From Novakomyces olei (taxonomy: Eukaryota), in the NCBI GenBank assembly GCA_016906335.1, contig JADEYG010000015.1:310001-374000 (forward strand): 64,000 nt of DNA, read 5' to 3'. A program made the position numbers and the translations under genes. Positions 1-10,802 of the stretch are shown in pieces. Numbering within the stretch: position 1 is the first letter of the stretch; the number at the start of each line of letters is the position of its first letter. The notes under the pieces are model-generated. The model was not told the origin of the DNA, ran no database searches, and saw nothing but the letters and a program-made list of their open reading frames with translations.

Positions 1-103
1 AATATTATATCAGGTATTCGAGTGTTTTATCGTTTTGTAAATATTTATTTTATTGATTTTCAAAAGAATAGTATAGTAATGTAGCAGCAATACGCGGGCC
101 ACA

Positions 104-266
104 TAATAATTCTGCAATAAATATAATTCTGCAATAAAATAATTCTGCAATAAATATAATTCTGCAATAAATATAATTCTGCAATAAATATAATTCTGCA
201 ATAAATATAATTCTGCAATACATAATTCACAGATAATATAATTCCACTACAATAATTCTGCAATAG
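104..266. repeat. 17-bp minisatellite (ATAATTCTGCAATAAAT), 7 tandem copies plus 1 detached copy
   Basis: The core TCTGCAATA recurs at 111, 128, 144, 161, 178, 195, 212 and 257, just upstream of the GYP7 ATG. Confidence 0.95.
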
Positions 267-341
267 CATCATACACGTTATCTATAATAATCCTGCTACT
301 TGGTCTACTGCTATTCCTACAGCTACGTGCGACCACATCCC

Positions 342-3083
342 ATGGCCGGGGCGGGTGACACGCTAGCAGAATCTCTGCGGTTTGATGACGTAGACGATAC
401 TCTGGCACACAGCGCTATCAACGTGTCTCGGGCTACTCCGCCCGGCTCAGCCAGCTCGTCTGGCCGTTTGCGGTACCGACTGTTATGGAGCAAATCGCAC
501 GTTTACATCCATCCTTCTCCGCGCAAACGCGATAACATTTGTGGGTTTCTGTCGCTCGTTCAGACTGCGACTCGTGCTGATCCGAATGGGGCTAATGTGC
601 TACTGGCTTGGATTCCGACGTCGGTTCTCACATCGAATCCCTCAGATATGAAGGCGTATACGGACTCTGATCGAGCTTTCACTTCTCCACTAGTGGAGCA
701 CGAAGATACTGGGCCCTATTTTTATGTGGATATGCCTCCAGTTGATTCTGCTTATGCTTTTAGTGTCCCGCTCGTTGATGTTTACTCGCTGGCTTTAAGG
801 CCCCCTCGCGTTGGTTGGGCGTATGGGTCTATTGTCATTAACCTGCGGAGCGAACGGAGTGCTCTGCCTGCCCTCTTTTTTCACGATAATGGTAGGATTA
901 GACGGATATTTTCCCCGCTCGTTTCATTGCTAATGCTAGAATGTCCGAGTACAATCGCTATGCGCAAACGTCTCGCCCAGGACTTTGACCCGTTTGGAGA
1001 AAATGGTGAAATTTTTTGGGGCGGTGAGCATTTCATCTCCTACTTGAGGACTGTAGTGAAGACAGAAAGGTAAAGTTCTTGACTCGTGTCTCTGCTATTG
1101 TTTCTTGGTCCGCTTGTGTATATGTGTTTATACTTCCTCACAAGCTACTCGGCATTGATGAACTTTTGAAACCATGGGGTTTCATCGTTTTAATACTATC
1201 AAAAACACTGTCCTTCTCCTTAAACACTCGTTACTGTTTTATTAAATCAATTTTTTTTTTAATTCCACTTTTAATATTAATTTCACTTTTAATTTTTTCC
1301 ATACCGTTTTCTTGTCAATTTTATTTCGATTGTCGGTCATCATAACCTGTATTTTACTTTATATTATTTCGAAGACTATGCTTGACCATCGACTAACAGC
1401 AGATCCGCCAAAGACAGGGCATTATACTATGTGAACCCCGGGTACAGGCCACCAGAGTCTCAGTTAAGCTCACGTCCAAAAGCTTCACAGAGCACTAGCA
1501 GCAGCAATGCAAAATCCAGTTCTGCTACAGATGGAAACAAATTTCTGAGCGATGCGAAATGGACACTTCTCGAGCGCCTCAGCCGGATCACGCGATTTGG
1601 ACGCAATGCGGCTATTAAAATTGCAGAGCATCCAATAACAACACGGGAAATTCTGCCTCGTTTACCACCACGCATTCGGGAGATTGTCTCTAATCAAAAT
1701 ATTCAACAGCTCACAGAAGAGTATGATCCAGCCCGTCTTTATTTAGCCAAATGGGCTGCCGGAATAGCTGAGCAGTCCGAGAAAGAAAGGCACCATGGCT
1801 TCTCTGAGATGGGAGTTCTTGGCGGCCTTGGAGATTGGATTGAGGAGTCTGATTTGGGCTCTTTTGAAGTACTGTCGGCCGGAGAAAGAGCCGAGCGAAG
1901 ACCTCCGCTGTCTCAAGTACAGTGGGACTCCTTTTTCGATGCAGAAGGTTACTGCACGGTGGCCGTGCATGAAATTAAAGATATAGTTTTCCATGGTGGC
2001 ATTGAACCACAGCTACGGAAAGAAGTATGGAAATTTTTCTTGGGCATTTACGACTGGAAATTCTCGCGTGCTCAACGGCAAAGTGCTTTAGCAGCCAAGC
2101 GGGATGAGTATTACCGGCTGAAACGAATATGGTACGACGACTTTGAGCGTAGACATAACGATTCTCATTTTCTTGATCAAAAATTCCGTATTGAAAAGGA
2201 CGTTCATCGAACAGATCGCAATCATCCGTTCTTTGCTCAAGAAGATTTGCCTCATCCCGAGGGTGATGACAGTCCCTTCAAAGGTACAAATATACATATG
2301 GAAATGTGTAAGGACATACTCCTCACCTATAATGAATACAATCGTGATTTGGGTTATGTTCAGGGCATGTCAGACTTGTTATCTCCCCTCTATGTCGTTA
2401 TGGAGGACGATGCTGCTGCTTTTTGGGCTCTTGTTGGATTTATGGAACGAATGCAGGTTAATTTCTACCGAGATCAGTCGGGTATGCGGCGGCAATTGCT
2501 GACTTTGGCCCAACTAGTACATCTCATGGACCCGAAACTATACGTGCATTTGGAGAAGGCAGATAGCCTTAATTTTTTTTGTTTTTTCCGTATGCTTTTG
2601 GTTTGGTTCAAGCGAGAGTTTGAGTGGGATCAGGTGCTAAGATTATGGGAAGTGCTTTTTACAGATTATTTGACGCATGATTTTCAGCTTTTTGTTGCGC
2701 TTTCAATTTTGGAGCAAAACAAAGTGCCTATAATGGACCATTTGCATCAGTTTGATGAGATTCTCAAATACTTTAATGACCTGTCCATGTCAATCGACCT
2801 TGATCCCACATTGGAACGGGCTGAATTGCTTTATTATCGTTTCCGCCAGATCGTTTACACTGTTGATCGACGAAACCAGGCAATTTTACAAGCTCGAGAG
2901 GACCGTAATGGAAAACCGGTGAAGGGTAAAGACGAGGGCGATACTGGTGAAGGGTCCACGAAAGCTGTTGCAAGCGAGACAGCGGGCCAGGAAGGAACTA
3001 GTGCTCCTCCAGCACAAAAACCGGACGCAAACGAGGATAGCGTTGTGGAAATTAGTGATTATTTGTGGGATCTCATGTCGTAG
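342..3083 (+). CDS. GYP7: TBC-domain Rab GTPase-activating protein Gyp7 (3 exons)
   Basis: N-terminal LLWSKSHVYIHP and FFHDNECPSTI; TBC motifs IEKDVHRTDR and YVQGMSDLLSP. Introns 892-939 (GTAGGA..GCTAAT..TAG) and 1070-1402 (GTAAAG..CTAAC..CAG) join ORFs 300-1073 and 1431-3083 in frame. Confidence 0.93.
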
Positions 3084-4462
3084 CGGGGATGTTTTTGTTT
3101 CGAAATCATACTTGCTATAATTTTTTTATTATTTTTTTTTATTTATTTATTATTTTATTTCGAGCCTTTTTTTTCAAATCCAGGTTTCATTTATGTTTTC
3201 AATTCATCGTTGAAGTATATATTATAGCACAGGAGTCGAACGTGGGCGGTACGGGTTTATTATGTGGAATAAATGTTGGTCGATTATGTGACATGAGACT
3301 GATGTAAACACAGAGCGTAGAAAGATAAGGATTAGGATAATAGAGAGTAATGTTTCACTGTGCGTAGATTAGATAAGATGTGAATAAACGGGATATATTA
3401 GATATGGACGTGCAAAACTAAAAATACGTTATAGTTCTAAAAATACACTTTACTATAATAAGGCCTACACTCTATCTTTGGCGAGCGCTTGAAAGACGCC
3501 ATCGTTCAAAGCTGCTACTAAAGCAAAATAAAGCATAGCCAATTCTACGTGCCAGCCAAAGTCTCCCTCGAGCGAAGAGCCAAGGTGAGAATCGCAGTGA
3601 ATGGGGAGCTGGCTAAGCCATGCGGCCCGCTTATTCAGGATCTAGACTGTCTCACACGGAGATAATAAGTTGGGTGCAATAACGCGTGTGCACTGCAATA
3701 ATAATGTGAATATACTCCAGCGCGTGAAAAAGTAATAGTGAATACCACTAATTCATGTATACAGTGCCTATTACGTATATTGACGTATTCTTATCACGTA
3801 AAGGGTGCCTTAAGCGCGGGGCCCCATCTGTACGGTATACCGTACTAATGACCCGGTTCGTTATATACGCAGTACGCCTGCCACCCCTCAATTTGCTTAA
3901 TTGCACACATATTATATATATTCCGCGGGGCTATAGGGAAGGCTGAACGTCCCTTTACTCGCCTTGTTGTGTCTGCGCTCGAGGCTCTTATCTCGGCACC
4001 GTCTACCAGATCTTGTCCATATATTACCAAAGCACTCGCGCCTCTCAGAATCCTTCCAAGGGTTTTTGTACTGTCGCTGGGGAGCCGGCTCTGCAACCTA
4101 ATCTTATCGGCCTCCAATCCAAACTGCCTTCGTCTCATTCTGAATCAAGGGTCAGCGGCACAGATTTTACGTGCTGTTTCGTCTCCTGTCATTGGTCAGC
4201 TGAGTGCTCTGCCGCTGCCGCGTCGCTGCAAATTAATAAAAAGGTCGGGCCGAGTTTGTTGGCTCAATTTGTGACGCCAATCGTGCCCAATTGTTTTGAA
4301 GGAAAGTAAAAGAATACAAGATAAATCAATTAGTGAGCAAAAACGAGAAACAGTCTGCACCCGGTCATTGTCGTTATCTATCATCGGCACTATTGTTCCA
4401 AGGAGACTCTCGTCTCGCTGCACACACAATTCAATATTCTCTACTTTTGTCTCTGTTTAATC

Positions 4463-4661
4463 GTACTTTGACTGTACTTTGACTGTACTTTGACTGTACT
4501 TTGACTGTACTTTGACTGTACTTTGACTGTACTTTGACTGTACTGTACTTTGACTGTACTGTACTTTGACTGTACTGTACTTTGACTGTACTTTACTTTG
4601 ACTGTACTGTACTTTGACTACTGTATTTTTACTACTGTACTTTGACTGTACTTTGACTGTA
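4463..4661. repeat. 11-bp minisatellite (GTACTTTGACT)n with ACTGT sub-duplications
   Basis: Directly visible tandem array of about 200 bp ending about 40 bp before ATG 4700. Confidence 0.95.
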
Positions 4662-4699
4662 CACTCCTCAACTTTATCTTGCCTTGTATTCTTGACAGC

Positions 4700-5656
4700 A
4701 TGACTACTGCTGCAGCTTCAGTCTACAATTTGGGCAGCGATGACCTGCCGCGCTATACCCGAGGCTCCCTGCCAAGGTACGGAGACGATCTTATTGACAG
4801 CGATGCTCGCAGTGTCCTCTCAATGGCTCCCTCGTACCATACGGTGGCACCTGCTTCGGCAAGGCGCAATGTGGGTCCTCCAGCCAGGGGTGACCCGACC
4901 CCTCTCTCTCTCTATGCTCAACCCCACTCGGCGTGTCCTTTTTACACGCCACAGCGTAAAGCTCTCGATCAAATTGCTCGTCGTCGGGCAGAGACTCATC
5001 GGCTACAGCAGCTCTATACTCAGATGCTTGAACAGCAACAGCAGCAGAGCTACACTGCCTCTGCTCGCGCGAGAGCCCTGCAGGCTGAGCTGCAGGCTTC
5101 AGAGCTGGAAGAAGAGTTTCGCCGTAGGTACCTTGTTCATGCCAACTACTGTTACCATGAAGGCCGCCCTGAACTGCTTGGGTTTGGGTACACTCCACAG
5201 AATGTGCCTCTAGATGGACCTTCTCCGCCTGTATCCAGTCGACCGGACTCCTCGAGACCAAAAGCCTCGAGGGTTCGAGCTGCTCCTGCCCTCAGTGCTG
5301 CGGGGTCTTGTCGAGCTGGAGCGGAGACGTCTCCTGCCACAACAGAATCCGTTGAAAGCGATGTGGAAATGGTTACGGCTGATTCTCACTCTTTTGAAAG
5401 TACAACAGCAATTCCAGCAGCAAAGGCTTCAAAATTAGAAGGGCCACCTCAAGTTCAGAAGCGAAGGCGTGCATGTACTTTTGCTGCCACTACATCGTTA
5501 ATGCCTAATACTGTACGGCCTTGGGGACGTAATCGAGCGGATACGGATACGGATGGGAATAGTCGTCGGCCTAATATAGCGCGTGATCCTTTGGTTCAGG
5601 ACGCTTTGGCCTGGGACCATTTCATTGAGGAAGGAGGGCTCGCTCGACAATTCTGA
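4700..5656 (+). CDS. Hypothetical protein (LPxY motifs, Gln-rich coiled coil), resembling an uncharacterised fungal family
   Basis: Uninterrupted 318-codon ORF from the first ATG. SVLSMAPSYHT, ARRRA and DALAWDHF segments recall a conserved ascomycete hypothetical family (from memory, unverified). Confidence 0.7.
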   Translation: MTTAAASVYNLGSDDLPRYTRGSLPRYGDDLIDSDARSVLSMAPSYHTVAPASARRNVGPPARGDPTPLSLYAQPHSACPFYTPQRKALDQIARRRAETHRLQQLYTQMLEQQQQQSYTASARARALQAELQASELEEEFRRRYLVHANYCYHEGRPELLGFGYTPQNVPLDGPSPPVSSRPDSSRPKASRVRAAPALSAAGSCRAGAETSPATTESVESDVEMVTADSHSFESTTAIPAAKASKLEGPPQVQKRRRACTFAATTSLMPNTVRPWGRNRADTDTDGNSRRPNIARDPLVQDALAWDHFIEEGGLARQF

Positions 5657-6168
5657 TTAAGATTGCTTGTGTACGTGTACGGTTTGGACGGTCTCAAACC
5701 CTACCAAAGATCTTTAAGCTGCTGGCAGTTTGGCAAGTCTTTTGTAATTGAAATTTAAATGCAAGAAACTGTGGGTCCAAGAGCGCGAGTTTTGTGTCTT
5801 GTGCGTGTATGCACGTTTATCTATGTTGAGAGCCGTCTCACTCTAAAGGCGTATAGCCATAAACCTGGGTTTATTCGCTTTATTGCTTGTCTTGTGACAA
5901 ATCGTTTGTCTGATACTGTGGATTCCGAATACCCTATTCAAAATGGTCAATCAATGGGCACTGCACTCGCCTGTGTGGACTCTATTCCGCTTGCAAGCTT
6001 ACCCGTCTACTGCACTGATCAAGCACGACATTGCAAGTGCAGAAAGTCATGTATATAGTGTACACTTTATTTCAATTATTATTTTTTTACTATTTCATCA
6101 TTTCCACTATTTCATCATTCCCCCTATTTCATCATTATAATATACATGTAGAAAGCGATGCTACGGCA

Positions 6169-7584
6169 TCAGTCTCGTCTGCGATCTCTGTATTTAACAC
6201 GATGCTCGGCCGCAGCTGACTCGGCATGGCTGATTCGCCAGGAGCATCCCAATTCAAAGGGACAGAGTCGGCATTTAAACGAGGCTTCGTCGGGCAAAAC
6301 TCCCTCTGAAGCTCGCAGGCTGCGCCACCATTGCAGTTGCCGAGCCAATTGCGCTTCTTGAGCCTCTGTGACGACCTGAAAAGTAGGCGCACCGATAATC
6401 GGTGCCTCTGGGTGACTCGCATCGCGGTAAACGATACTTGCCTCTGAGCTGAAACGGCCACGGAAGCGGGCGAGTCGGGTATAAGCCATCCGCCAAAGGC
6501 CTCGCAGAGTCGTGTCCTGTAAAAACTCTTGGCTCAGCTCTGGAGGCAGAGAAAGAGAGACTACTTGCTCCACAAACGCCTCTCGTAGTGCAACTGATAC
6601 GGGCAATTCTTGTACCTGAGCCACGCGTTGCAGCAAATCTTCTTGCTCTGTCATGCTTTTAAGCAGCTGCCAGTATACTGCCACTTGAAACTGTGCCTGT
6701 TGCTGTTGGCTTGGCCCCGGCAGAGACGGCGACTGCCTCGTTTTCAAATCGACTACATAGAGCAGAGATCGATTGAGGAAACGGTCCAAGGCTTCATTGC
6801 TTACAGCCCGAATTTCGTCCACTATTCCGCGTACATAAATGCCATCAATAAAGCCAAAGACGGGTGTCTCCCTCGCCAGTCCGCTGTCGTGTAGTGCCTC
6901 TACTGATTGCAAAAGTCGAAGTAACTTTACCGCCATCGGCTCCTCGGGCCGATCGGGATCGGTTTCAATGGCCACGCGTTCGTGGGTCTCCGACTCCTTT
7001 TTCTCGTGGATACGTGTACCGCGTCGCATTGCTGCCGTCCGTGGTTTCGGGAGACGCGTCTCGAGTTGGTACTGCGCCTGCACTTCACACCACATTGGCA
7101 GAGTCAGATCCGTCACGGATAAAGCTCCCGTGCTTCGGAACTTTTGCAGCCGAGTTCTCCGGTCCGAAGCTGAAGCTGCGTCCAATTCGGCAACAGTTTC
7201 CCGATCGTACTTTAAAAACACAGAGCAATCTTCAGTATCATCGCCATTGGCCAGAGCAGCAATTTTGTACGCACTCAAAGACTCTAAATCCAATAGATTT
7301 TGCTCAAAGGGCGGACCAATTGCCACCGCTGGAAAATCTTTATTATTATTATTCATACCTTGCTGCCTGCTGGAACAGGTCTCCATCTCGGCAGAACGCT
7401 GCTGCTGCTGCTGCTGTTCCTCTTCCAGCTGCTCAACCAATCGAATGAACGAGGCTTCCAATTCGCCCGGGAACAAATCGTCCTCATCGCCATAGTCATC
7501 GTCATCGCCACTCGTCCTGTCTGCTTTGCCGTGAGCAATTTGACTGTACTTTGTAGCTCGCCGAGACTGTGATCTAGTTTTCAT
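6169..7584 (-). CDS. EXO5: Exonuclease V (Exo5/Dem1; Fe-S, PD-(D/E)xK fold)
   Basis: LSVTDLTLPMWCE, GTRIHE, GIVDEI, VVDLKTR, QVAVY and C-terminal KCRLCPFELGCSWR give the 1+3 Cys Fe-S arrangement. Confidence 0.9.
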   Translation of the reverse strand: MKTRSQSRRATKYSQIAHGKADRTSGDDDDYGDEDDLFPGELEASFIRLVEQLEEEQQQQQQRSAEMETCSSRQQGMNNNNKDFPAVAIGPPFEQNLLDLESLSAYKIAALANGDDTEDCSVFLKYDRETVAELDAASASDRRTRLQKFRSTGALSVTDLTLPMWCEVQAQYQLETRLPKPRTAAMRRGTRIHEKKESETHERVAIETDPDRPEEPMAVKLLRLLQSVEALHDSGLARETPVFGFIDGIYVRGIVDEIRAVSNEALDRFLNRSLLYVVDLKTRQSPSLPGPSQQQQAQFQVAVYWQLLKSMTEQEDLLQRVAQVQELPVSVALREAFVEQVVSLSLPPELSQEFLQDTTLRGLWRMAYTRLARFRGRFSSEASIVYRDASHPEAPIIGAPTFQVVTEAQEAQLARQLQWWRSLRASEGVLPDEASFKCRLCPFELGCSWRISHAESAAAEHRVKYRDRRRD

Positions 7585-7673
7585 TCCATCTATGCTCCGT
7601 CCTCCGCATATTCTGCATTAGTTGATTGGTCCTATATATCCATAATGCTTGATGCTTTGCAGATTTAGTTTGC

Positions 7674-7939
7674 TTAGGGTTATGTTAGTATTCTAGGGTT
7701 AATATGTCAGGGTTAACGTCTGTGGACACGAATATTACTTGTCTCGCACACCGTATTCGCGACTGCTTAATTATACTACCGTAGTATTGTAGTGTAGAAT
7801 GCTCAGCTGTTTGTATACTTTATGTATATCTGTTTATTGATATTTCTTTAATTAATATTTGTTTAATTATATCTGTCTGATTAATTAAATCAGCTATTTA
7901 TTTACGGCAACAACGCGTCCGGCCCTGTTGCTAACGCGT
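7674..7939. promoter_or_regulatory. Divergent EXO5/CDT1 promoter with three AGGGTT boxes and two MCB (ACGCGT) elements
   Basis: AGGGTT boxes at 7674-7681, 7694-7700 and 7708-7714; ACGCGT at 7913-7918 and 7934-7939. Confidence 0.55.
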
Positions 7940-7953
7940 TTGCCGATCGAGAA

Positions 7954-9478
7954 ATGCCGTTAAAGTCGTACACGACTGTAGAACAAACCCGTCTGGGCCG
8001 TAAGTGAATTATATTCATCTGAACGAATGGCTGATCTTTTGCCCGGCAGACGAGACTAAACGACGCCGTACAGAGATTGGATGCAAACCAGAAGCAAACA
8101 GTACAAACGCGCAGTTTGCTTCCAAAACAGCCGACTCTAAAGGCCATCAGCCTTTGACTGGAGAAGTGGAAGGCGAAGCTGATGGCCGACTGGCCTCATT
8201 GGGTGAAGCAGAGCTGGAAGCAAAAAAATTGACGTGCCTTTACGCTTCAATGATCAAAGTGTTACAGTTTCGTGAAGCTTCTTGTGCGGACGGCGATGGG
8301 ACAACTCATAGTTTTGCTCATATTCAGCCTCACGTCCAGAAAGCGGCCCACTATACATTTACAATGGAACATTTGGCTCTTTTTGTGTCTGTTTGCCCGG
8401 AATCTCTGCGACTAGAACCTTGCCAGTCTCTAGTAAACGGCAGGCGTATTGGCAGTATTTCAGTACGACTCGCTTGCATGAGGAATACCCGGTCTCTAGT
8501 CGAACAGTTTCGTGCTAGAGTTGATGTAAGCTGGCTCTTTTTCTTTTGCGACTGCCTCAGTTTTCTTTTTTTTTTTTTTTTGTCGTTTGGTTTGCGGATT
8601 CTTTTCGTTAGTTTTCATTCAATGGTTTACATTAAATCGTTCACTGCCACACCGTTTATTTGTGTATGCCTCGCTCTCGCTCTCGTCCCAGTTCTACTGA
8701 ATTCCGTTCTATGACTATCGTTTATCGAGATCTTCATTTGGTCAACAATTGTTGACGCCTGTTTGACCTTGTGTTTACCTTTTATACAAATCTCAATATA
8801 TCTTGTCTGGCTTTTTATTTCCGTAGCAAAATCATTCTTTTTGTTTACTGGAAATTCAGATTTGTTCACTCAGATTGCTGTTCAAAACTGACCTTTCAGT
8901 CTCGCATAAAGCATACAGAAAAGGGTGCTTTTCTCGACATCAGACCAGCGGAGCTGCCGTCCTTGCCTACGGTAGAATCTGATCCTCTACGTCGACTGCG
9001 CAATCAATCTACAAAAAGCAAAATTGATTATTTGAAAAGGAATAATAAGAAGAACGAAGCTGCTGCGCCTGTAGTTATGGCATCCGATCGTCGAGCAGGT
9101 CTGTTGGACCGTATACGCGCTAAGCAGCAGCAGCAAAAAAACGAGCCCGCCCAAACAGATATTGAGAAAAAAGACGGGAGATTATCAAGTCATTTACCCC
9201 GCTGTCTCGATGTATTGGCCCATCGTATGAGCACACAAGCTTCCGCGAGCACTTTTGGCTCTGCTGAACTATCCTCTCTGCTTGTCACGTCACTGAGTCC
9301 GGCTCTTATATTGTCATTGGAAGAAGCAAGCCAGTTGCTCACTATGCTTGCGCCCTTAACAGGCGAATGGATGAGGGCTGTAAGCATTGGTGGGCTGACT
9401 GCCTACACTTTTGCCGGGAAATTGGGAACCCGGCGAACTGCATTGCGAAACGAGTTGCAGCGAGTTAATGTGGGGTAA
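7954..9478 (+). CDS. CDT1: DNA replication licensing factor Cdt1 (3 exons)
   Basis: Introns 8000-8049 and 8526-8899 restore the frame. SFAHIQPHVQ..FTMEHLA winged-helix segment, LLDRIRAKQ and C-terminal LSLEEA..L..L...EW are Cdt1-like. Confidence 0.78.
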
Positions 9479-9823
9479 AGTCTTGTAGAGTCTGCTGAGC
9501 TTGTAAGAGTATCGATTTGGGGAAAAGGCTGCATGAATGGTCTGTGAAAATTAAAGTTACAAGAGCGAAAGACAGTGTGATATCATTGCAAGACTTGGTC
9601 CAAGGGGGAGAAAATAAATTGAATAATTAGCATAATCAAAAAAGAATAAAGTCTATCAAATTTTGAATGGATAAACGTAAACCGTTAAACAAACCGACTA
9701 CTATAATTCGCACACAATGCACACGCATGGCGTAGTACAACTACGGTTGCAAACTTTGTCATATTGAATAATTAAATATAAATCGTATTGTAAAAGTAAA
9801 CATATACGGCCCCGTGTCCATAA

Positions 9824-10255
9824 TCACTTGCCCCAGCTGAACCAGCCCTTGCGCTCCTGTGCGGGATTCTTTTCAGCAGCCTGATCCTTAATCTCTTGCG
9901 CTCCCTCCTTTGACTTGCGAGATACAACATTGGCCGAGTTCTTTGCAAAATTAGAAGCACGCTCAGCGCCTTCCTGTAGAGCCTGTGAGCTACGGTCAGC
10001 GGCGTCGGCAAGAGACGATCGGGCCGAAACTGCCGCCGACTGAGCCGTCTTTTCCGCGTCCGTTCCGACCTGGTCCAAGTCTTGCTGGATCTTTTGGCCC
10101 GCAGTCTTTGCGGACATTACCGCATCATCTGCAGCATCAGATGACTTGAACAACGACCTGTTTAGCTGAGCCGCGTCCTCTGGCCGGTAAACATAGTAAG
10201 CGGACGCGGTCAGGAACCCTGCGAGGAACGAAGAAGTGCGCGATGAAATGGGCAT
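9824..10255 (-). CDS. Small LEA-like hydrophilic protein with N-terminal membrane anchor (possibly mitochondrial)
   Basis: 143-aa ATG ORF with hydrophobic FLAGFLTASAYYVY, an A/K/D/Q-rich helical body and C-terminal KGWFSWGK; TATA-like element upstream. Confidence 0.7.
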   Translation of the reverse strand: MPISSRTSSFLAGFLTASAYYVYRPEDAAQLNRSLFKSSDAADDAVMSAKTAGQKIQQDLDQVGTDAEKTAQSAAVSARSSLADAADRSSQALQEGAERASNFAKNSANVVSRKSKEGAQEIKDQAAEKNPAQERKGWFSWGK

Positions 10256-10376
10256 TCTCGATTATTTACAAATTGACGGCGACAATAAATGAGGTATTTG
10301 CTGTTTGCTCCACTCGAGCTCACTTTCCATCAACGCTTGTGACATCATATATAAGCACGGGTTACGTTACTTGTCC

Positions 10377-10465
10377 ATATTTAAAGTAGAACATTTAAAG
10401 TAGAATATTTGCAGTGGAATATTTACAGTGGAATATTTACAGTGGAATAGTACAAGTAGAATATT
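10377..10465. repeat. Degenerate 14-bp minisatellite (ATATTTACAGTGGA), about 6 copies
   Basis: Visible tandem units grading from ATTTAAAGTAGAA to ATTTACAGTGGAA. Confidence 0.85.
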
Positions 10466-10802
10466 CGCGACGGCACGAGACGACAACAAGTAATACGTCG
10501 TGCTGCTCTCTACTGTCTATTGTTCCTCGATACGAGCTGACTATTATAATGTGCTTGTTCATTATGACTATACTTTATAGCTCCATATGGAGTTTTATGA
10601 CTACTTCATAACTACTTTTAAGGCTCTAGATGGATATTTTTAATTATCCCTACAGAGACCGACTAGTCGCACTCCTACACGAATCCATGAGCGAAATGTA
10701 TTATACACAAATAATTGAAAATGCAAACTGTATCAAAATTCATGCCTCGGAGCCGTCCGCCCGGACTTTTGTCATAACATAAAAAGTAAACCCCCAATCC
10801 GA

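Noticed and set aside
1079..1345. Hydrophobic ORF inside GYP7 (and similar ORF tails at 8526-8714 and 55663-56028)
   Set aside because: These are translations of T-rich intron sequence bounded by clear splice signals.
4463..7584. Tandem repeat near a Cas4-like nuclease as a CRISPR-like system
   Set aside because: The repeats have no unique spacers, and the nuclease is the ordinary eukaryotic Exo5, which shares the Cas4-type Fe-S fold.
8741..8756. Perfect 16-bp palindrome GTCAACAATTGTTGAC in CDT1 intron 2
   Set aside because: A single short palindrome is plausible by chance in 64 kb; no TSD or second copy seen.
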